Shown here one piece after another: positions 53,211 through 64,000 of a DNA stretch of 64,000 bases. Source of the stretch: Eledone cirrhosa (lineage: Eukaryota); contig OZ024744.1 of assembly GCA_964016885.1 (NCBI GenBank), forward strand, positions 50,902,001 through 50,966,000. Reading direction: 5' to 3'. Position 1 is the stretch's first letter. Every line of letters begins with the position of its first letter. The position numbers and the translations under genes were made by a program. Below the pieces are notes generated by a model. That model saw nothing but the letters and a program-made list of their open reading frames with translations, was not told where the DNA came from and did no database searches.

Positions 53211-53234
53211 TATCTTCCCATTTCTCACTCTCTT

Positions 53235-53255
53235 TACACACACACACATATTGAA

Positions 53256-53301
<46 letters not shown>

Positions 53302-53583
53302 GGAGACAGATGTGTCTGTGAGTGTGCCCGTAAAGAGAGTGTATATATATATATACATCTTTCTCCATGTGTGAATGTATGTGTATGTATGTATATGTTA
53401 GACTGAATGAAACGATAGTCATAGAGAGAGCGAGTGAGGGAGAGGGAGACATAAAGATACTGATAGATAGATAGAGTGAGAGTGAGAGAGAGAGAGGGAG
53501 AACGAGGCAGAGAGTGGCTAAGAAATGTACAGAGAGAGAAGGAGAGAGTGATTCATAGAGATGCATAGAGATAGATAGGTAGT

Positions 53584-53619
<36 letters not shown>

Positions 53620-53788
53620 AGGAGAGAGAGAGGGGCAGTGTGTGTGAGAGATAGATAGAGAGAGGAGAGAGAGAGAAATTTATATATATATATATATATA
53701 TATATAGAGTGAGATATATATATATACATATAAGAGAGAGAGAGAGATAGAGGCAGAGAAATATATACACATATATATATAGAGAGAA

Positions 53789-53835
<47 letters not shown>

Positions 53836-53839
53836 AAGA

Positions 53840-53910
<71 letters not shown>

Positions 53911-54340
53911 TGAGACAGAGAAATATATATAGAGTGAGAGAGAGAAATATATATATATATATTGTTATACTTTGGGAGGGTCATGTTGCCAATAAGAAAC
54001 ACATTCACCAGTCGCTTTCACTTTATTATAAATTAAATTATAAATTTAAAAACAAGATGGCGTAGGACAGAACAAAGGAGAAGCACAAAACAAAGAAAAG
54101 AATCTTCGGTCACTGATGAGGTCATAGAATGTGTGACGAAAGAACTTTGACAATATATGAACAACAGTCCGGTTGTGGAACCAACCAACCAACAGGAAAT
54201 TTATAAATTTATAATAAACTGAAGTGAACGCAACTGGTGCGTGTGTTTCTAATTGGCAACACGACCCTCCCAAAGTATAACAATATCGGTTTCAACACAC
54301 GTTTTCAGATAAAGAATCTTGCTAAACAAATTCAGAAACG

Positions 54341-54407
<67 letters not shown>

Positions 54408-54456
54408 AATATATTTATATATATATAATCAAGGTTTAGCAAATAAGAAAAAGTTT

Positions 54457-54492
<36 letters not shown>

Positions 54493-54551
54493 TATATATA
54501 TATATAGAGAGAGAAATATATATATATATATATATATATATTTATCTCTCT

Positions 54552-54596
<45 letters not shown>

Positions 54597-54636
54597 CAGA
54601 AATATATATATATATTTCTCTCTCTCTCTCTCTCCC

Positions 54637-54722
<86 letters not shown>

Positions 54723-54742
54723 CAGAAATATATATATATATT

Positions 54743-54824
<82 letters not shown>

Positions 54825-55099
54825 GAGAGAGAGAAAAAGAGAGAGAGAGACAAGATATGTATGCGCACGCGTCACCCTAGTAATGTATTCACCGTGAAAT
54901 ATCGACCTTTTCAACACCTCAAGTCTTAATATTAACCGCACTAACCTGATCTCTTGACCTTCTAAAACTTTCGATCTCAACTCCGTTCTGGACATCACCC
55001 TCGCCCCTTATCATAATTAACATACATACACATATTTACACAGATACACAGGCATGTATATACACTCATATACACATAAGTACATTTACACACATACAT

Positions 55100-55133
<34 letters not shown>

Positions 55134-55375
55134 GTGTATACACACATGTGTGAGTATATATATATATATATATACATATACATACACATAAATACATACA
55201 CACACATACACATATATATATACATACATACATACATACATACATATACATACATATATATATATATACATACATACGTATATATATATATACATATATA
55301 TACATACGTGTATATATATATACATACATACGTGTATATATATATATATATGTATGTATTTATAAATATATACAC

Positions 55376-55414
<39 letters not shown>

Positions 55415-55995
55415 AGCACACCATTATCCGCCCCACAAACACATACAATCACATCCGTACCAAACCCCAAATTTACATCTATCAGTCTATCTTTTGTTTA
55501 TTTTTATTAAAAACTAAACAGAAAACAACAAGAACGCCGCCGCCCCCGCCACCACCACCACCACCACCAGTACCACCACCACCACCAGCACCACCACCAG
55601 CACCACCACCACCACCAGCACCACCACCAAAATACAAAAGAAAGCCTCCCCCCCACAAGACCCCCCCCCCCCCCACAAGAACCCGCCTCCCCATCCAAAC
55701 AAACAAGAAATACACAATATGGTGTTTAGAGGTTGTTTTCTTTTATGTTAAGACCCTGTTTCTACTGTCTGTCTGTTTGTCTGTATGTATGTGTATTAAG
55801 ATAGATACCCTACCCTGACCGTCCCCTCCCCCACCCCCGTATAATACAACCTGCCACTAACCACTCCAGTATGTCATCAAATCTCACCTCACCCCCTCCC
55901 ACCAGTCTTTAATGAGATTTTAAAAGGTCTACTACTGGTGTATGGTAAAAAATAAACAATTAAAACAATACTATAAAAACAACATAAATAATATT

Positions 55996-56088
<93 letters not shown>

Positions 56089-56108
56089 CATATATATATA
56101 TATATTTT

Positions 56109-56189
<81 letters not shown>

Positions 56190-56202
56190 GTATATATATA
56201 TG

Positions 56203-56233
<31 letters not shown>

Positions 56234-56284
56234 GTGTGTGTGTATGTATATATACATATATATATGTGTGTATATATATATATG

Positions 56285-56319
<35 letters not shown>

Positions 56320-56593
56320 GTGTGTATGTATATATACATATATATATGTGTGTGTATATATATATATATGTATATATATATGTATATATATGTATATATA
56401 TATATGTATATACATATGAAAACAATGATCAAAATATAGCCCTCATACCCCCCTCCCCAACACCCACCACTTCTTCATCATCCATTTGGCCTCATTCCAT
56501 CAACTCTGACCTCCGTTTTACATAATTCTTGTTTTCAGTCTGTCTGACAAATAGACAGAGATAGACATACTGACAAATAGATAGAGAGGGGGT

Positions 56594-56644
<51 letters not shown>

Positions 56645-56679
56645 GGAGAGGGAAAGAGAGAGAGAGAGAGACAGGGAGA

Positions 56680-56742
<63 letters not shown>

Positions 56743-56985
56743 AGGAGAGAGAGAGAGAGAGAGAGGCGGGGTAGAGGAGAAAGAAAGGAGGAAAGTGATA
56801 GATACTGACAAGCAGATAGATAAACAGACAGACGGACAGACGGACGGATTTGTTCATAGATATTAGATATAAATAGATTGACATAAAGACCAACTAATGT
56901 ATATATATGTATATATATGTATATATATGTATATATACATATTGCTACACATATGTATATATATATGTATATATATATATATAAG

Positions 56986-57017
<32 letters not shown>

Positions 57018-57220
57018 AACACACACACACACGCACACACACGCACACACACACACATATATATATATACATCTACATACATACATATATAAACATGTGT
57101 ATGTGTGTATGTGTGTATGTATGTATGTATGTATGTATCTATGTATGTATGTGTGTATGTATGTATATATGTATGTATGTGTGTATGTTGGCATGTATTA
57201 GTTGGAACATACATACCTAC
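53235..57220. repeat. Dense compound microsatellite tract of (TA)n, (GA)n, (CA)n, (TATG)n and (ACC)n
   Basis: Direct inspection. Confidence 0.95.
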
Positions 57221-57231
57221 ATGTATGTATG

Positions 57232-58904
57232 TTCTTCTGGTTTTATAATTTCACAAAGTTTTACCAATAGAGGGAGAGTCGGTTTCTAAGATAGACACAA
57301 GACTCTCTCATTGGAATTTACACAACATCAACTAGGTAGATATGTATGTCTGCATGCATGCATGCATGTGTAGATATGGATGTTATTGTATGTGTGGATG
57401 TGGATGTTTTGAGTTGTATGTGTGCATGTGTATATGTTTTGTATCTGTACATGTGTATATGCAGTTATTAGATGCACATTTTTTGGAATGTTTTACATAT
57501 TTTTACTGTTCCATTAATGGATTGTACTTGTAATTTCCTAACCAGTTGTGTTCTTTCTGTTCCTGTGAAGCCTAGCTTCTCAAGATTTGTATTGAGGCAG
57601 TTACTAACATACCGCAGTGCCTCAATAATCACAGGCATAAATCTGAAGGTGTAATCAGGGTGGAGTATCTGCAGATTTCTCATCAGTTCTGCATAAATAT
57701 TTTCCTTTTCGCTAATCTTTCAAATTATATTGGCATCTGCTGGGCAGCTAACTTCCACTACTGTGCATGCCTTCTTTTCCCTGTCCTATGTCATTATATC
57801 TGGTCTGTTATGCCTGCATTTTATTGGGGTTTTTACTGGAACATTCCACCAGTACTCTTTCATATTATGTATGTTGATGTCTTCCACATTGCTGTAGCTT
57901 TTAATGTGTTTATTATCGGGGCTATCTTTTTTACGAACTGCATTGAACAGTGTTTTGGCCACTACATCATGCCTCATAGGTAGATAGTACCGCGATGACA
58001 TATTTGGGCAGCTGCTGATGACATAGGTCATATCCTCGATGTTAGTTCTGCAGAGTCTGCACTTGTTATCACATCTAGGTGTTTTGCCTGCATCCCTATC
58101 TCTTTTGTGAATCAGGTATTTCGTGTTAATCTCCTGTTCTTGGATTGCAAAAGCGTATCCTTCAAAGTGGGAGCCAATATAGCGGTTGTTATATCTATAT
58201 TACTCTCTCTCTGGAGCTTCCTGGCAACATATCCATGCATGATTTTTTGCTGATAAACATGCAGTTTTTCATCCATGGATTCACTGCAATACTGCTGAGC
58301 GACATCCCTGGGTGTGAGTTTTTGATTATCACACAGGGAATATCTCTCGAGGAGTCCTTCCCAACTCTCATGATCTTATCTGTTTCATGCAGATATACTT
58401 GATCGAAAGACGGGCTCCTACGCTCGACGCCCGTAGATATTGTCGGAGAGATATGATGCGACATTCAAATGTTGTCTGGACTGATGTTAGGCCTCTGCCT
58501 CCCTGCTTACGCTTCAAGTAAATGCGGTCTATGTCACTGTTGATGTGGAAGTTTCCGGTGTTGTTCAGTATTTTTCGAGTTCCAACATCAACTGCTCGGA
58601 TTTCGTCTATCGTCCAATTGAGTATTCCAAACGTTGGTGTTAGGACAGGCACAGTAAACACATAGTGAGCCACTGTTTTGTTTTGCACAGAGAGTTCCGA
58701 TGACCAGATCTTTCTTAATCGGGTGTAGTATTCCCTGGTTACGCGTTCTTTATTACAGATACCATTATAGGATATGTTCTCATCTATCCCCAGGTATCTG
58801 TAGCAGTCTTCATCACATATCGGTGAAACAGTTAGACCATTGATGACACTGTTGCTAGATTGGGTTGTTGTTTTTCCCCGCTTTACAGTCATGTATGAAC
58901 ATTT
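57232..58904 (-). mobile_element. 5'-truncated copy of the (CATA)n R4 family
   Basis: Reverse complement of ~20375-22060; (TATG)n on both sides. Confidence 0.92.
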
Positions 58905-58959
58905 CAGAAGTCTATGTATGTATGTGTGTATGTGTTTATGTGTGTATGTGTACATGTAT

Positions 58960-59078
58960 GTGCCTTTGCTCACTATAAAAGCTTCACGGCACAGGCATTG
59001 CTTTATATCTGGAGATCTCTCTGCACTTGTCATCACATGGTACCATGGGCCCTGCACTATGTGTCAATAATTGTCACA
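58960..59078 (+). mobile_element. Internal fragment of the 600-bp RTE-derived element
   Basis: Reverse complement of ~6570-6685. Confidence 0.75.
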
Positions 59079-59764
59079 CACATACACACGTATATATATA
59101 AGGAAGAAAGATGAAATCGAAAATGCAACTGGAGTCTTTTTTTTTAAAATATATATTTATTTGGTTCCTTTACGGGTTTCGCAGTTCTTCTGCTTTTCAA
59201 AAGTAGAATTGAGATGGAGGGTTTGTGGTTTTTCTCACATCTCTATATATATATATTTATATTGTTATACTTCGGGAGGGTCATATTGTAGTAATAACAT
59301 TGCCATAAATATATATATATGTACATATATATATATACATATGTATTGAAAACTATAATAGAAAATGTTGCTCCCATCTATAGGAGTAAAACATGAAACA
59401 GAATAGAGAGGATAAAGAATAAGATCAGATAAGCTCAACTGGTGGTATGACAACAAAATATACCAGATTGTGATGTTTGTTGAAGCTACCCCCAGAGGTG
59501 AACTAGTTTATAGAAGAGTTTAAATAAATTAAAACTCAAAATTAAGGTAGTAGAAAACTCAGGAATCCCATAAGCCCCTCCCCATGATCTGCAGGACTTG
59601 TGTATTTCAGATAACCTCCTGCATCACCAGAAATTGTATAGTCTGTAAGATAAGTCTACAGATAAACTGTAAAACTAGAAATATAGTCTATAGCATAAGG
59701 TGAACACATGGACAATGGAGAAACACAACCATGATGTACCTAACTGATATATATATATATATTT

Positions 59765-62700
59765 TTCTTTTGTATGTATATATACTAATTTATTTGAAGG
59801 CTAATAGGTAGAAGGGAAAACTGTTGACAATACTTAAACATCCCCGGCGGTCAGAATGGAGAAGGCGTTTACCCGGAGGACGGCAAGGGAGACGCGCTGG
59901 AAAAGCCACTCCAACTCGCGGGGCTCAAACCTGCGGCTGGCCAGCTCAGCGCCTATGGTGGTGAGTAGGGAGGTAGCCCTAGGGCCAAGGACACCAGAAG
60001 TTTCCACTGCCAGGGGTACAACCGAAAACCTGTCGGAGAGCGACCGGTATTTGAGGAGTTTAGCCTCCTCAGCCCGACGTGATGCAGAACCTGGGTTAGT
60101 CGCAGACTGCACCAGGTTGCGGCTGCAGAAAGTGTCGGTGCAAGTGGCATCCCAGACGAGGGGTTTGCCACCGCGGAACGGGAAGATGGTCATGCCATCT
60201 GGCTTTTTGCAGTCCCCTCGGTCCAGCCCCACCGGCTCGAGCTGGGAAGGGAAGCCTGCAGCGTCCAAGCCGTGTTTTATGACCTCGTTGAGGCAGCATG
60301 GCGTGGAAGGCGGCCGGCACTGTGGCGACAGGAAAGCGGATGGAGGCCGAAAGAGCCCACGGTGGATCCCCAGCGACATTGGTGTGGCTCGCAGATCCGG
60401 AGGCCGAGCCTCAAGGAAACGTCGATGCATAGGCTATTGTTGTCTAGCTGCGTGCCAGTGGAGAAGGAGGGCAGGGCATGGAGCCAGGCACCACTGTGGG
60501 GGTTGGAGGCCGCACGAAAACAGGCACGGTGGTGCTGATCGTGCTGGCGCGTGAGCCTGTCTGAGGCTAGGCTGCACTGGATGGCATCCCAATTGCTTTG
60601 GGGGGACCTGACATCAACAGGGGGAGAAGGAAGAGGGACCTCTACTGGGCTAAGTCCCAGCCGGTCCACGTCTCACAGGCGGCCTCATGTTCTCTGAACA
60701 CAGAGGGTTCTATTGTGTTTAGAAGAACCCTGCTGACGAGGACGCGGCACGAGGTTATCGACGAAAGAAACGCCGGCAAAGCCATGGAGATCGGGGACCG
60801 GAGGCCAAGGCCGCCATACTTAACATGTTAAGTGGCCTGTTGCCATCCAATGTCGTCAAACTTGACGTTGTATATCTCCTTGGCTGCTGCTCGGATACAA
60901 GTGTCGAGGTCAGTGAGGAGAGATGTGTGGCTGTAGCACGGAGTGCTGCAGAGGGTGTTGAGGAGCTTCGGCATGGTGAAGCAATTCCTCAGCAGAAGGA
61001 GGGCTGGGTGGCCGTCAATCAAGCCCAGTCGGCTCGTGAGAGTCTGGAGTTGTTGAAGCCTGGACCTGATGGTGGAGTGGATGGCCGGCGGGTGGATCGG
61101 TGACCCGAGGATGAGGACAGCCTCTTTGGGGGTCACCTGTACCTTGTGGAGAATGGACCGCACATCCGAAACGGAGGCTGCAAAGCTCTCAGAATCGTGG
61201 CTGACATTCACCACCTTCGACTTGGCCGAGTTGACCTGGAGGCAGATTCCCACCAGGACAGGAACTACCTATTGTAGGTCATAGCAGATAGCCTGTACGG
61301 GCCTGCCCAACGTAGCATCATCCAGATTCCAAACATTGAGAGGGGCCGTGATACTCCGGGCGATGTGGTCTATACCAAGGGAAAACAGGAGGGGTCACAA
61401 AGGGTCGCCCTGTTGGACCCCAGTGGCCGAAGGTATGACCATATCAGCAGCAAGGAGCATGCTCGGGGCTCCATACGACAGGTAGGCCAACGGGTAGGAA
61501 GAGGGGGCTCGGCTGAGGCAGGCATCGAGCAGATGGTCTCGGCGTAAGCAGTTGAAGGCATTCCTCATGTCAAGCTTGACAATGAGGTGCCTGGAGTCCC
61601 TGGATGCCGGTTCCGGTGGGCAGCTGTTGACGAACTGCCTGGTTGCATGTGCGGCCCCCTCACAGCCACCGGATACGCCGACACCCAGTTGCACCGGACT
61701 GAACTCCTCACCCAGTTCTTTTTTCCTGAGAGCAGCGAGGCTAGCCGAAAAAAAGAGGCCTCGGGCGTGAGGGTCCAGGGTGCCATGGATGAGCCTACTG
61801 GTGAGCGCCACAATTGCATTCAGAAGGCGGCGCCCGGCCTCAGCGGAGAGGGGGGGATAGCAGCTCCTTGAGGTGGCCTGGTCGGAGACCATCAGCACCT
61901 CCGCTGCTGCTAGCTGGGAAGGACTTGATGGCGGACATGATGTCTGCATCAGAAGTCTCAAGGAGCAAGTGGGAGTGGGGTGGGGGTATGGGTCTGAGAT
62001 CAGCGGGTGGCTCAGGGTGCTTGAGTCGCAGGTTAGCCAGGACCTCCTCGGTGGGTTGGAGGACAGTGTCCTCTGAGGCAACCACTCTGACTGCGGCCGA
62101 GACATCACCCATAATTAATTTAGCATTTACGCGGTCGCGCAAATGCTTGGCGCTGGTCTCAGGGGTGGAGGTGTGTGGTGTCCCTAGGCACACTTGGAAT
62201 GGGCGCTTGCCCAAAGGACTAAACATTGGCCTTGACGAAGGCTGCTGTCGACCGGCCGCCCCGGTCAGCGCCAGAGCTGGGGAGGCCGAGGGCGAGTGGG
62301 GCGAAATAAAAGAGTCGCTCCCAGTCGATGGCTCGATAGGATTCCAGGGCGCTCTCAATCGAGGAGGCGAGGGCATCGGCTACCGGCACCCGGGCCGCTC
62401 TCGGGATCCTGAGTGGGATCTTTCGGAGCCGTCTGAGCCGAGCGATGTTGACCAGCGAGGCTTAGGCGTCAGGAAAGCTCGCTGTCTCATCTGGTGGTGT
62501 GCCAGACGGCCGTGGCTGGACAAACGAGGGGAAGAGGCAGTTCCTGCATCTCCACGCTGCGAGGGTACTGGAAGCTCGACGTGTCAAGCCAACACAGGTG
62601 AGGTGGTGGAAGCAGCCGCACCCCGAACAGTTCCGGCCCCTCTTCCGTCTGTTAGTGGTGCTGCAGGTGCTGCAGATGTCGGCTTGGGGGGGATGGGGGA

Positions 62701-62870
62701 TGGGGCGTGGGGCACTGAGCGGCATCAGGGGTGAGTGGCTGCGTGTGTGGGTGGAAATGAAAGTGCTGGTAAGAGGGCCTCATAGCTCACCTACATCAGA
62801 TATAGAGGCGTCAGAAGACAAGAGAGAAAAGAAGGAGGTGCATGGAGGGGGACACACAACAAGGTAGAAT
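59765..62870 (-). mobile_element. CRE-clade LINE (PHD finger, RT, RLE), frameshifted
   Basis: QLGVGVSGGCE, KLDMRNAFN, GVQQGDPL, LQVNSAKS, SGAWLHALP, PDGMTIFPFRGGKPLVWDATC, PLAVETSG; N-terminal C4HC3 pattern in ORF 62462-62725. Confidence 0.85.
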
Positions 62871-63049
62871 GTTAGCAAATGAATGAGTGAATGGATGAAT
62901 GTACAACAACAAAAAAAACAACAAAAAACCCAAAAGGGAGTGGGGGTGGGGGGAGAGAAAACAGGAGGGGTTCAACTGTTGACTTTCGAAAGAGTTCGTA
63001 TAAAGAGTTCGTATAATTGAAGCCGTGTGTTACTGTTTAGTATTATTAT

Positions 63050-63205
63050 AATTGTTTTACAGCATAAAGCTACGGCCCTCCACGCTCCGGGCCCAAATCC
63101 CGCCGAGGTCAACTCTGCTCTTTATCCCCACGGGGCCGACAAAACAAGGCACCAGCCATGCGCTGGGACAATCGCTGCCCCGTGCCAAGAACAGAATAAT
63201 AATAA
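63050..63205 (+). mobile_element. SINE copy with strongly T>C-biased divergence
   Basis: Aligns to the copies at 2224, 26154 and 51640 with mostly T>C substitutions. Confidence 0.8.
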
Positions 63206-63297
63206 TTATTATAGTTGTTGTTTTCTTAAGGCCCGATCGCTGGTGATGGTGATGGTGATGGTGGTAGCGGTGGATGGTGGTAGTGATGGTGGTGGCA

Positions 63298-63336
<39 letters not shown>

Positions 63337-63429
63337 CCTCTTGATGTTCATTTCATTCTATGCTGCTGCTGCTGCAGACAATGGTGTTGTTGCTGTCGTT
63401 GTTGTAGTAGGAGAAAGGATGAAGAAACA

Positions 63430-64000
63430 CTGGTAGGAATTTAAAGATGAGAAAAACTGGTCAGTGATCCACCATCATGCTAAGCTATAACATGGTGGCA
63501 CACTAGAAAACGTTCAGGTAAAATCCTATCCACACACAATGCAATCCTCAGACTGGTTAAGGAAGCTACGCTTATAGCAGAAAGTAAACCTACCCTTAAT
63601 AGGAAAGATACATATATATACATACACACACATTCGCACAAAAACGTGCACAGGCATACATACATATACACGCATACATATACCAAACACAAAAGCTTAT
63701 GAAAATACAGCACACAAAGATACACATACACGCATTCGCAGATCACATGCATATCACAAAAAGACAAGACGGAATAAATAGAATAAGTTCAGAACTAAAA
63801 GGAGACACAGAGGCGGAAGAATCATTCTTGAGAATGTCACAAGATGTGTGATGAAAGAGCTTTGATAATTAAAAATAAATACAACAATTAAACAACCACC
63901 GAGATACTAAATTAACCGATGAATGGATTAGTTACTTAAAAAATAATGAATTGAAGGGAAACTCAACTGGTGAATGTGTTTTTATTGGCAGCATAATGCT
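63430..64000 (+). mobile_element. Penelope-like remnant (GIY-YIG C-terminus plus downstream repeat)
   Basis: KILSTHNAILRLVKEATLIAESKPTLNRKD at ~63520-63610; downstream sequence is the reverse complement of the 23760-23960 family. Confidence 0.6.

Noticed and set aside
53234-57289. Many ORFs rich in YI/CV/SL/ER
   Set aside because: They are translations of microsatellites (also at 6867-7363, 27777-28497, 36429-36863 and 51820-52341).
61814-62734. 306-aa plus-strand ORF and other antisense ORFs over LINEs
   Set aside because: These are shadow ORFs of GC-rich retrotransposon coding strands, with no independent motifs.

Overview
This is a eukaryotic, repeat-saturated window with no recognisable host gene. 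The SINE families and microsatellite density suggest an octopus-like cephalopod genome (inference). It is dominated by non-LTR retrotransposons: two Tx1/L1-clade families, three R4/Dong-type restriction-like-endonuclease families, a CRE-clade element with an N-terminal PHD finger, RTE fragments and non-autonomous RTE derivatives, and a CR1-like 3' end. It also holds Penelope-like remnants with several hammerhead ribozyme motifs, tRNA-derived SINEs, two hAT MITEs, Helitron pieces and two minisatellites (61 bp and 67 bp). Main observations: (1) each LINE family sits in its own microsatellite ((TATC)n, (ATT)n/(TAA)n, (CATA)n), and a ~19 kb nested chain of them appears to have grown at a single site (3011-22090); (2) one SINE copy has strongly T>C-biased divergence resembling fixed ADAR hyper-editing; (3) an RTE and a SINE both show 5' inversions; (4) a satellite derives from a LINE ORF C-terminus. 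Family assignments come from motifs recognised by eye and were not database-verified.
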